Assembly (NCBI GenBank): GCA_003552185.1
Contig: PUOW01000362.1
Span: forward strand, 1-49,386
DNA length: 49,386 nt
Reading direction: 5' to 3'
Source: Spirochaetaceae bacterium
GTDB taxonomy: Bacteria > Spirochaetota > Spirochaetia > DSM-27196 > SLAA01
This document shows positions 7,893 through 16,179 of the stretch, piece after piece (the first letter of the stretch is position 1; every line of letters starts with the position of its first letter). The position numbers and the translations under genes were made by a program. Under the pieces are notes generated by a model. That model was not told the origin of the DNA, did not search any database, and saw nothing but the letters and a program-made list of their open reading frames with translations.

Positions 7893-8755
7893 GCAGGCTG
7901 CGGATCGGTACCTGTAGTTGGAAGTTTCCGTCATGGCAGGGATTGGTGTATTCCGCGGCTCGAGGCGCCGAGTTCCTGAACGAGTACGCCACGCTGTACG
8001 ATACCGTTGAGATAGATCAGTGGTTTTGGTCGTTGTTCTACCCGCATGCGCCGGTGCTGCCTCGTTCCGATACGGTACATGAGTACCTCGCGGCGGTTCC
8101 CCCCGATTTTCGCTTCACGATCAAGGTTCCGAACAGCATCACACTAACGCATTACTATGGCCGTGAAACCGCGGGCGAGTTGATAGAAAACCCGGACTTT
8201 CTATCGGTTCCGCTCTATGAAGCGTTCCGGCGTCGAATCGAGCCTTTGCTTCCCCAGACCGGAGTTCTTTTGTTTCAGTTCGAGTATCTTAATCGCCGCA
8301 AGATGAGCAGTCTTTCGGCGTTTCTTGAACGGCTACGAGCCTTCTTCGAGCAGGCCGCGCGTCCCGTGCCGGTTGCGATCGAGTGTCGCAATCCCCCGTA
8401 TCTCACCGGTGAATACTACCGGTTTCTCTCGGGGTTCGAGCTGTATCCGGTGTTTGCGCAGGGCTACTATCTGCCGGATATTCGCGAACTGTACGCCGAA
8501 CGCTGCCGAGCAACGCCGGGCTTGGCCGTCATTCGACTGTTAGGTTACGATCGAGCCGGTATCGAGACCGAGAGCCGGAAGCGATGGGATCGCAGACTGC
8601 GTCCGCACAACGACGAGTTGGCCGGGGTTGCGGCGATGATAGACGATATGCTCAGCCGAGGTTCGGAGGTATACGTGAACGTCAACAACCACTACGAAGG
8701 CTCGGCGCCGTTGACAATCGAGGCGCTTCGCGAAAAGCTCTCGGATCGGCGTTGA
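7889..8755 (+). CDS. DUF72 (UPF0759) family protein
   Basis: N-terminal IGTCSWKFPSW, typical of DUF72. Length 288 aa. Confidence 0.8.
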   Translation: MSRLRIGTCSWKFPSWQGLVYSAARGAEFLNEYATLYDTVEIDQWFWSLFYPHAPVLPRSDTVHEYLAAVPPDFRFTIKVPNSITLTHYYGRETAGELIENPDFLSVPLYEAFRRRIEPLLPQTGVLLFQFEYLNRRKMSSLSAFLERLRAFFEQAARPVPVAIECRNPPYLTGEYYRFLSGFELYPVFAQGYYLPDIRELYAERCRATPGLAVIRLLGYDRAGIETESRKRWDRRLRPHNDELAGVAAMIDDMLSRGSEVYVNVNNHYEGSAPLTIEALREKLSDRR

Positions 8756-8806
8756 CGAGCGGCGCGGCTGCCGGCAGGCTAGCACTCAACGAGGAGAGGG
8801 AGAACG

Positions 8807-9718
8807 ATGAAACTGGCGTTTGTTGGATTGGGGAAGATGGGCGCGAACATGGCCCGACGTGCGATGCGGGGCGGACACGATGTGGTCGTGTATGATCTGC
8901 GCGCCGACGCGGTGAGCACCATGGAAGGCGAGGGAGCGAGAGGCGTTCGGTCGCTTGCAGAGCTATCCGACGCGCTGTCGGCTCCGCGCGTTGTGTGGGT
9001 TATGTTGCCCGCGGGTGATGTGACCGAACACACGCTCGAAACACTGCGCGCGGTTCTGAGCCCCGGAGATCTCATTATCGACGGAGGCAATAGCAACTAC
9101 AAAGATACCCAGCGTCGCGCAGCTGAGCTCACCGAACAGGGGTTCTTGTTTGCGGACGTGGGTACCAGCGGCGGCGTGTGGGGCCTCAGCCAAGGCTACA
9201 GCATGATGCTCGGGGCCGATGACGCGGCGTTGGAGCTCGTTCGGCCGGTGATTGAAACCCTCGCGCCGTCACCGGAGACCGGTTGGGGGAGAGTCGGGCC
9301 GCCGGGGAGCGGGCATTTCGTGAAGATGGTGCACAACGGGATCGAGTACGGCATGATGCAGGCGTACGCCGAGGGATTCGATCTGCTGGGCAGGAAGCAG
9401 GAGTTTGAGCTCGATCTGCCCCAGATTGCCGAGATCTGGCGCCATGGAAGCGTTGTGCGCTCATGGCTTCTCGACCTCACCGCTCGTGCGCTCGATGAGA
9501 ACCCGCAGCTCGAAGGTATTGCGCCCTACGTGACCGATTCCGGCGAAGGCCGGTGGACGGTGGTGGAAGCGATCGACCTCAATGTCGCGATCCCGGTCAT
9601 CAGCATGGCGCTACAGCTTCGCTTCCGCTCGCGAGACGAAACGCAGTTCGCCGACAAGCTGCTCGCCGCGATGCGGCAGCAGTTCGGCGGTCACGCGGTG
9701 AAACGCACCGACGGCTGA
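8807..9718 (+). CDS. gnd: 6-phosphogluconate dehydrogenase, decarboxylating, short (about 300 aa) form
   Basis: VGLGKMGANMARR NAD(P) motif and HFVKMVHNGIEYG. SD GGAGAGGGAG upstream. Confidence 0.85.
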   Translation: MKLAFVGLGKMGANMARRAMRGGHDVVVYDLRADAVSTMEGEGARGVRSLAELSDALSAPRVVWVMLPAGDVTEHTLETLRAVLSPGDLIIDGGNSNYKDTQRRAAELTEQGFLFADVGTSGGVWGLSQGYSMMLGADDAALELVRPVIETLAPSPETGWGRVGPPGSGHFVKMVHNGIEYGMMQAYAEGFDLLGRKQEFELDLPQIAEIWRHGSVVRSWLLDLTARALDENPQLEGIAPYVTDSGEGRWTVVEAIDLNVAIPVISMALQLRFRSRDETQFADKLLAAMRQQFGGHAVKRTDG

Positions 9719-9769
9719 CGCCGCCGGCGCCGTTGTACGGGCGCGGTGCGGGCGCCGAGCAGGGCTTGC

Positions 9770-9797
9770 TTGACAGCGGCGCGGCGGGCAGTATACT
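9770..9797 (+). promoter_or_regulatory. sigma-70-type promoter TTGACA-16-TATACT, 7 nt upstream of the ybaK-like ATG
   Basis: Perfect -35 at 9770-9775 and -10 at 9792-9797. ATG at 9805, no SD. Confidence 0.5.
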
Positions 9798-9804
9798 GCG
9801 CAGC

Positions 9805-10260
9805 ATGATTCCCGATCATATCGAACGGCTCCTCCGCAGCGAGGGGCTTCAGGTTCTCGAGTTCGAGCCGGGCAGTACGCCGACCGCGGAAGCCGCTGCG
9901 GCTCGAATCGGGGTTGCGGTCGCGCAGATCGCGAAGTCGTTACTCTTTCGAACGAAATCCGGCGAGTACGTCATGGTGGTGGTTCGCGGCGACCGGCGCG
10001 TTTCGTCTCCTAAGCTCAAGGCTCTTGTCGGCAGCAAGTGCTCGATGACCTCGGCCGAGGAAACCGAGCGTGTCACCGGCTTTCGTCCCGGTGGAGTGTG
10101 CCCGTTTGGGGTCAACGGCATCCCGATCTACCTCGACGAAGGGCTCGCCGAGTACGAACTCGTGTATCCGGCCGCCGGGACCGACGCCACCGGTGTGCCG
10201 ATGCGCTACCAACAGCTGCGCGCCGTTACCGGCGGCACAGCGGCGGACATCGTAGTATAG
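9805..10260 (+). CDS. YbaK/EbsC-type aminoacyl-tRNA deacylase domain protein
   Basis: Start moved to ATG 9805, directly downstream of a TTGACA-16-TATACT promoter. GGVCPFG motif. The 84 codons upstream in the track ORF are Arg/Ala-rich and overlap gnd. Confidence 0.75.
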   Translation: MIPDHIERLLRSEGLQVLEFEPGSTPTAEAAAARIGVAVAQIAKSLLFRTKSGEYVMVVVRGDRRVSSPKLKALVGSKCSMTSAEETERVTGFRPGGVCPFGVNGIPIYLDEGLAEYELVYPAAGTDATGVPMRYQQLRAVTGGTAADIVV

Positions 10261-10304
10261 CGCTCCGCTCGACAAGAATCTCTCGTACAGAGTCTGCCGC
10301 ACAC

Positions 10305-10340
10305 AAAAAAGCCCCACGCTCGTACTGCCGAGTGCGGGGC
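10305..10340 (-). terminator. intrinsic terminator for the second SNF gene (possibly bidirectional)
   Basis: 12-bp stem with one mismatch, GCCCCACGCTCG/CGAGTGCGGGGC (10311-10322 / 10329-10340). T6 follows on the minus strand (A6 at 10305-10310). TTGGTGGGTTT follows on the plus strand. Confidence 0.55.
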
Positions 10341-10401
10341 TTGGTGGGTTTGAAGCGCTCGGCCGAACCGCCGACAGGCGGAACCGGCCGATTCCCGATA
10401 C

Positions 10402-11742
10402 TTAGCCGAAGAAATCGATCAAGGTGGTGATCAGCACCACGAACACCGCAATCGGGATCACGTACTTCACGAGCACACCATACCAGTTGCCGATCTTGAT
10501 GGCACCCGGGGGATCGTTGGTTTCGTCTATTACAGTGCGCGCCTTCCAGACATGGCCCGCGAAAATTGCGGTTAAGGCGCCGCCGATCGGCAAGGCGAGC
10601 TCACTCGCGACGAAGTCGTAGAAATCTAGGATCTCCATGCCGATGATCGTGATGTTGCTCCAGGGCCCCATACCGAGGCTGGTGGGGATACCGATAACGA
10701 AGATCACGATACCGATTATGACCGAGGCTTTTACGCGCGGCCACTCCTTTTCGTCTACCAGCCAGGCGACAACAACCTCAAGCAGCGAGATTGCCGAGGT
10801 GAGCGCGGCGACCGAGAGCAGCACAAAGAAGATGAAGCCGAACAGGCTCCCGGCAGGCATCTCGGCAAATACCGCAGGAAGGGTGATGAACACCAGGCCG
10901 GGGCCGGCCGCCGGGTCGTAGCCGAGTGCGAACACCGCCGGGAAGATCGCAAGACCGGCGATCAGCGCGATAGCGGTGTCGAGCCCTACAACCCAACCGC
11001 CGTTATCGGCGACGTTCTCTTCTCTAGTGAGGTAGCTCCCGTAGGTGATCATGGCGCCCATACCGAGGCTCAGCGTAAAGAAGGCTTGTCCGATCGCGGC
11101 AAGGAAGGTGCCTGCGGTGACGTCTTCAAAACGCGGTGCAAGGTAGAATGCAAGACCTTCGCCCGCGCCCGGCAACGTCAGGGCACGAAACACCAGCACC
11201 ACGAGCAGAATCGCGAGCACCGGCATCAGGATCTTAACCCAACGCTGAATGCCTTTGACGACGCCCGCGGCGATGATCCCGAGCGTCAGTACCATGAAGA
11301 CCGCGTGCCACACGATGGGAACGCCGGTTCCGGTGATGTGCCCCACAAAGACGTCGGCAAAATCGGTGCCGGGTGTGAATCCCGCGATTGCCTTGAAGAT
11401 GTACGCCATCGACCAACCGGCAATCACCGAGTAGAACGAGAGAATCACGAACCCTGAGAACACGCCCAAAGCACCGACGAGCCACCACGGGGTGTTCGGC
11501 GCCAGCGCCTTAAACGCGCCGACCGGGTTCTTCTCGGATTTGCGCCCAATCGCAACCTCGGTAACCATCATCGGGTACCCGATCAAGATGATCGCGACCA
11601 AGTAGATGATTACGAACGCGGCTCCGCCGTTAGTTCCGGTAACATAGGAAAACCTCCAGATGTTACCTAGACCAACGGCTGAACCCGCCGCAGCCAAAAT
11701 GAACCCCAGTTTCGACGTCCATTTTTCACGAGCTCCGTTCAT
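10402..11742 (-). CDS. sodium-dependent transporter, SNF family (second copy)
   Basis: GLGNIWRFSY signature. Long blocks identical to the 5758-7107 product (PVGAFKALAPNTPWW, AIGQAFFTLSLGMGA). SD GGAGG upstream. Confidence 0.9.
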   Translation of the reverse strand: MNGAREKWTSKLGFILAAAGSAVGLGNIWRFSYVTGTNGGAAFVIIYLVAIILIGYPMMVTEVAIGRKSEKNPVGAFKALAPNTPWWLVGALGVFSGFVILSFYSVIAGWSMAYIFKAIAGFTPGTDFADVFVGHITGTGVPIVWHAVFMVLTLGIIAAGVVKGIQRWVKILMPVLAILLVVLVFRALTLPGAGEGLAFYLAPRFEDVTAGTFLAAIGQAFFTLSLGMGAMITYGSYLTREENVADNGGWVVGLDTAIALIAGLAIFPAVFALGYDPAAGPGLVFITLPAVFAEMPAGSLFGFIFFVLLSVAALTSAISLLEVVVAWLVDEKEWPRVKASVIIGIVIFVIGIPTSLGMGPWSNITIIGMEILDFYDFVASELALPIGGALTAIFAGHVWKARTVIDETNDPPGAIKIGNWYGVLVKYVIPIAVFVVLITTLIDFFG

Positions 11743-11895
11743 TGACAGCCTCCATGAATGTGAAAAGATAAAAAAATGTACACCACCATAGCATAGAGTT
11801 GCCGAATAATCTACGGTTTTTTGGCTACATTTGTGGCGTTTTGGCGGTTTCTCGGCTCTTGGGTTCGCAGGCCCGCTCCGGGGTGGCGCCCCCGG

Positions 11896-12618
11896 TTAGT
11901 AGGCGCCGCCCCCGGTGCCCTCGGACACGATCGCGACCCCCGAGCTCGTTCCGAGCCGGGTGGCACCCGCCTCGATCATCGCGCGCGCGTCGGATGTGCT
12001 GCGGATGCCGCCGGAGGCCTTCACCCCGATATCCGGGCCTACCTCGCTGCGCATCAAGGCTACATCCTCGACCGTCGCGCCCCCGCCGGCGAATCCGGTG
12101 GAGGTTTTCACGAACTCCGCTCCGGCTTCCACCGCGGTGCGGCATGCAAGCCGCTTTTCCTCGTCGGTGAGCAGCACGGTCTCGATAATAACCTTGAGAA
12201 TCGGCGCGTCTTGGTCCTCGCCGGCCGCGGTCGCCGCCTGCTTGACGGCTCGGATGTCGGCCGCAACCGACTCGAGGTCGCGGTCCTTGAGCGCACCGAT
12301 ATTGAGCACCATATCGAGCTCATCTGCGCCGTGTTCCACCGCAAGGCGGGCCTCCGCCGCCTTGGCCGCAGCCGCGCCGGCTCCGAGCGGAAAACCGACC
12401 ACCACCGCGAGCTTCACCGGCGTGTCGCGCAACGCTCCGGCGCAGAACCGAGCCCAATGTCCGTTTACGCAGACCGAGCAGAAGCCGTGCGTAACCGCTT
12501 CTTGGCACAGTTTCTCAACCGCGGCGCGGTCGCTCTCGGGTTTCAGCAGGGTGTGATCGATGTATGCCGCGAGCTTCGCTCCGTCACTACCTGAGGGTTC
12601 ATTCTTCGAATACTGCAT
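11896..12618 (-). CDS. deoC: deoxyribose-phosphate aldolase
   Basis: [17 protein letters not shown] (Schiff-base Lys region) and VKASGGIR. Confidence 0.9.
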   Translation of the reverse strand: MQYSKNEPSGSDGAKLAAYIDHTLLKPESDRAAVEKLCQEAVTHGFCSVCVNGHWARFCAGALRDTPVKLAVVVGFPLGAGAAAAKAAEARLAVEHGADELDMVLNIGALKDRDLESVAADIRAVKQAATAAGEDQDAPILKVIIETVLLTDEEKRLACRTAVEAGAEFVKTSTGFAGGGATVEDVALMRSEVGPDIGVKASGGIRSTSDARAMIEAGATRLGTSSGVAIVSEGTGGGAY

Positions 12619-12624
12619 CTCGTG

Positions 12625-12654
12625 ATGGTAGCGCCGGTTGTGCTACTCTGGCAA
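12625..12654 (-). promoter_or_regulatory. putative promoter TTGCCA-18-TACCAT, 6 nt upstream of the deoC ATG
   Basis: On the minus strand, -35 at 12654-12649 and -10 at 12630-12625. ATG at 12618, no SD. Confidence 0.45.
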
Positions 12655-12724
12655 GAGCGGAGGTGCGCCGAGGGGGTGCACCGCACAGCGTGTGCACTCA
12701 GGTGTTCACTCCAGGAGGCTCTCT

Positions 12725-13894
12725 ATGCGCAGACTCAAAGTAGGGCTAATCGGGCTCGGAATGATGGGTAAGGAGTTCGCGGGTGCGTTGGCCCGTTTTC
12801 CCCATCTCACCGATATAGCGGTTGAACCTGAGCTCGTCGCGATCTGCGGCCGTAGACTTCAACCCGAACTGGAGCGGTGGTTTCGCTCGATGGCGCCCAC
12901 GATCGAGCTCGCGACACGCGATTATCGCGAGGTTCTCTCGCACCCCGAGATCGAGGCGGTGTATATCGCGGTTCCGCACAATCTGCACGCCGAGCTGTAC
13001 ACCGCGGCGATTCGCTCCGGCAAGCATCTGCTCGGTGAGAAGCCGTTCGGCATAGATGCCGAGGCCAACGCCGTGATTCGTGCCGCGGCGGCTGAACGGC
13101 CCGAGCTTGTGGTCCGCTGTGCTTCTCAGTTCATGTTTTTGCCGGGTGCGCAGCGCATCGCGCAAATGCTGGATTCGGGAGAGTTTGGTCGCATCATGGA
13201 GGCTGAACTGGGATTCCTTCACTGTAGCGACCTAGACCCGGCTAAGCCGATCAACTGGAAGCGTCAGGCGGCTACAAACGGGGCGTACGGCGTGCTCGGC
13301 GACCTCGGAATGCACACGCTGCCGCTGCCGCTGCGTGCCGGCTGGCGTCCGGTCGATGTGCGTGCGCTGCTCGCCGATATCGTGAGCGAGCGCCCCGACG
13401 AGCAAGGCAGGCTGCAACCGTGCGACACCTGGGACAACGCCACGCTGCTCTGCGACACCGAGGCCGCCCGGAGCTCCGAGACCTCGGAACACTACAGGTT
13501 TCCCGTCACGATCAGGGCGCACCGCATCGCTCCCGGTGAGCTCAACAGCTGGTACATCAAGGTTATTGGAACGCGCGCGTCAGCGGCGTTCTCCACCAAG
13601 GAGATCAACAGCCTGTGGCTCTTGAGCTACGAACCGGGCCGGAAGCAAGCCTGGCGGTGGCTCGACCTCGGCTGCGAAAGCTGTTTCCCAACGGTCTCGG
13701 CACCGAGCTTTGAGTTCGGCTTCTCGGACGCGTTGTTGCAGATGTGGGGTGCGTTCTTCGAAGAGGTGGCGCGAAGGGGAACACCGCGCAGCCGATTTGC
13801 CGGCTGCTTCACGCCGGATGAAACCGCGGTGGGGCATGCGTTGTTCTCGGCGGCGCTACAATCGCAGCGCGAAGGACGGGTGGTAGCGGTGTAG
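12725..13894 (+). CDS. Gfo/Idh/MocA family oxidoreductase
   Basis: Start moved to ATG 12725, preceded by AGGAGG. KVGLIGLGMMG Rossmann motif and an EKP motif (GEKPF). Confidence 0.8.
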   Translation: MRRLKVGLIGLGMMGKEFAGALARFPHLTDIAVEPELVAICGRRLQPELERWFRSMAPTIELATRDYREVLSHPEIEAVYIAVPHNLHAELYTAAIRSGKHLLGEKPFGIDAEANAVIRAAAAERPELVVRCASQFMFLPGAQRIAQMLDSGEFGRIMEAELGFLHCSDLDPAKPINWKRQAATNGAYGVLGDLGMHTLPLPLRAGWRPVDVRALLADIVSERPDEQGRLQPCDTWDNATLLCDTEAARSSETSEHYRFPVTIRAHRIAPGELNSWYIKVIGTRASAAFSTKEINSLWLLSYEPGRKQAWRWLDLGCESCFPTVSAPSFEFGFSDALLQMWGAFFEEVARRGTPRSRFAGCFTPDETAVGHALFSAALQSQREGRVVAV

Positions 13895-13924
13895 GCTCTC
13901 GCCTGTAGCGTTTCGATAAAACGA

Positions 13925-13968
13925 AAACGGCGTCGACGAAAACGGCGCCCGCGCAATGCAGGCGCCGT
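13925..13968 (-). terminator. intrinsic terminator downstream of fba
   Basis: 8-bp stem ACGGCGCC/GGCGCCGT (13942-13949 / 13961-13968), followed on the minus strand by a T-rich tract (TTTCGTCGACGCCGTTTTCGTTTT). Confidence 0.55.
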
Positions 13969-13990
13969 CCGAAAAGGCCGGGGGATCCGC

Positions 13991-15004
13991 CTATTTCTTG
14001 TAGTAGGCGGGAAGCGGCTCGCCTTGCTTCTTCCAGTGGGCGATGACCTCGTCGGTCTTGCCTGCGCTGTTGAGCATGTGGAGTTTGCGCTTGACCATCT
14101 GTTTGATTTCCTCGCGGGCCGGGCCGAGGTACTTGCGGGGGTCGAACTCCTCGGGCTTGGTCGCGAAGACTTCGCGGATCTTCGCGGTCATCGCGAGTCG
14201 GAGGTCGGTATCGATATTGACCTTGCAGACGCCGTAGGTGCGCACCGCGTTGGCGATCTGGTCCTCCGGCACGCCTTTGGCGTTCGGCATGCTGCCGCCG
14301 TACTTGTTCACAAGATCGATATACTCTTGCGGCACGCTCGAGCTGCCGTGCATCACGAGCGGAAGGCCCGGGCAGGTCTTCATGATCTTCTCGATTCGGT
14401 CGAACGCGAGCTTCGCTTCCTTGGTGAACTTGTACGCTCCGTGACTGGTGCCGATCGCAACCGCAAGGCTGTCGATCCCGGTGCGCTCAAAGAACTCTTT
14501 CGCCTGTTCGGGATCGGTTAGGAACTTCTCGATGTTCTTCTCGTACTCTTCGGCGCTGAGGCCCACCACGTCTTCCTCGATGCCGCCGAGCTGCCCGAGC
14601 TCGGCCTCGACAACCACTCCGGCCGCGTGCGCGAGCTCAACGGTTTCCTTGCTGAGACGTACGTTTTCCTCGAAATCGTGGTGTGAGCCGTCGATCATCA
14701 CCGAGGTGTAGCCGTCGTCGATGCATTGCTTCATCAGCTCGATCGTATCGCCGTGGTCGCAGTGAATTGCGATCGGCACCTGCGGATACTCCTCGACACA
14801 ACCGTCGATAATCTTGGTCAGAAAACGAATGTTGGCGTACGAGCGGGCGCCCTTGGAGATCTGCAGAATGCAGGGGCTGTTCTCCTCGGCACAGGCTTCG
14901 ATGATACCTTGAGTGATCTCCATGTTGTTGACGTTGAACGCGCCGACTCCGAATCCGCCGTCGTAGGCGAGATCGAACATTGGTTTGGTGGTCATAAGAG
15001 GCAT
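13991..15004 (-). CDS. fba: class II fructose-1,6-bisphosphate aldolase
   Basis: HCDHG, VMIDGSH, AIGTSHGAYKF and LVMHGSSS motifs. SD GAAGGAG upstream. Confidence 0.9.
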   Translation of the reverse strand: MPLMTTKPMFDLAYDGGFGVGAFNVNNMEITQGIIEACAEENSPCILQISKGARSYANIRFLTKIIDGCVEEYPQVPIAIHCDHGDTIELMKQCIDDGYTSVMIDGSHHDFEENVRLSKETVELAHAAGVVVEAELGQLGGIEEDVVGLSAEEYEKNIEKFLTDPEQAKEFFERTGIDSLAVAIGTSHGAYKFTKEAKLAFDRIEKIMKTCPGLPLVMHGSSSVPQEYIDLVNKYGGSMPNAKGVPEDQIANAVRTYGVCKVNIDTDLRLAMTAKIREVFATKPEEFDPRKYLGPAREEIKQMVKRKLHMLNSAGKTDEVIAHWKKQGEPLPAYYKK

Positions 15005-15023
15005 AGATAGACTCCTTCAACTA

Positions 15024-15039
15024 TTCTATAGTTCTATAG
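15024..15039. repeat. tandem octamer TTCTATAG x2 in the fba upstream region
   Basis: Exact copies at 15024-15031 and 15032-15039, 20-35 nt upstream of the fba ATG on the minus strand. Each copy contains the palindrome CTATAG. Confidence 0.8.
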
Positions 15040-15241
15040 TGCGGCAACACAGGCCGAGTGTTTCAGGCCGTGTAGATCTCGTGCATAGCTTATCGAACCG
15101 GAAAGTTCGATGCAAGTCCACGATCAGCCGAGCTATTGTTGAGCCACGCCGTCGGCCTTTCTAAACTCGAATCGGTGTGGTAGCTTCAAGATCGTGTGCG
15201 CTCGCAACTGCGAGCCCAGTCGATCACATGAAGGGGGAAGT

Positions 15242-15760
15242 ATGCAGATCAAACACACGGTCAGAGTGATGGTAGCGGTGCTCGTGATGCTGCCGGTTGC
15301 AGCGGCGGGTCTCGCAGCGGACGAACGAGACGAGTCGTATCCGTACTGGAGCTACGACATCGGCGCGGGTAGCGGTTACTCGAGCGAGGGCGCGTTCGTT
15401 GAAGGTCAGCTCGGGTTGAACACGCATTTCAACCCATGGCTCACCTGGAGAAACTCGGGGTTCTATCGCAATCAACCCGATAGCGACGACTTCTTCGGGC
15501 TCGACACCTCGTTGCTTGCCGGGCACCGAACACGCCTAACCGATCAAATCCGGCTTTCGTACGAAGCCGGCGGCGGGTACCGCTTCACGAGCATTCAGCA
15601 GCACGCTCCGTTCGCCGAGGCCGGGCTCACCGGGCGGGCCGGCGATCTGCAGTTGCGCGCAAGTGCCAAGTACCTGTTCTATGAACTGGTGGGCGACGAC
15701 CGCGACAACGAGTTTGTGTTCAGTGTAAGCATCTCAGGACGTACCACCGGGCGGTTCTAA
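15242..15760 (+). CDS. small secreted protein, possible outer-membrane beta-barrel
   Basis: Start at ATG 15242 after GAAGGGGGAAG. Signal peptide (VMVAVLVMLPVAAAGLAA), alternating aromatic/Gly-rich strands, and a C-terminal Phe. Confidence 0.45.
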   Translation: MQIKHTVRVMVAVLVMLPVAAAGLAADERDESYPYWSYDIGAGSGYSSEGAFVEGQLGLNTHFNPWLTWRNSGFYRNQPDSDDFFGLDTSLLAGHRTRLTDQIRLSYEAGGGYRFTSIQQHAPFAEAGLTGRAGDLQLRASAKYLFYELVGDDRDNEFVFSVSISGRTTGRF

Positions 15761-15762
15761 CG

Positions 15763-16179
15763 ATGGAGCACCACGATCTGGGCCGCAAGCTGCGCGAGCG
15801 CTCGCCTCGGGAGCTACAGCAGAAACTCGGCCGGTTGGGCATCGAGGTGCCGGCGGAACGGTTCTATACCAGTGCGCCGGCGACCGCGGCGTTTCTTGCG
15901 GCTCAGAGTCCGTCGTGTTCGGTGTACGCAATAGGAGAGAGCGGGTTAATCAACGCGCTCTATGAAGCCGGGCTCTCGATCAACGACGTTGACCCTGCGT
16001 ACGTGGTAATCGGCGATCGTATGGACACCGATATCATAGCCGGGCTCGAGCCGGAGATCGACAGTATTCTCCTACTCAGCGGTGTCACGCATGAGGATGA
16101 GCTGCCTACGTTTCCGTACCGTCCGAACTACGTCCTTGAGGGTATCGGAGATATTCAGCGTACGGTAGGAGCGGCGTGA
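15763..16179 (+). pseudogene. decayed NagD-like HAD-IIA phosphatase remnant (in-frame, lacks catalytic N-terminus and cap/core segment)
   Basis: It aligns by eye to NagD residues about 50-130 (FYTSA...AIGESGLINALYEAG...DVDPAYVVIG), fused directly to about 205-250 (GDRMDTDIIAG...LLLSGVT). There is no DxDG nucleophile motif and no GKP motif. Confidence 0.5.

Noticed and set aside
9553-9804. 84-codon upstream extension of the YbaK-like ORF
   Set aside because: It overlaps the gnd 3' end and contains the TTGACA-16-TATACT promoter itself. The conserved domain begins at ATG 9805.
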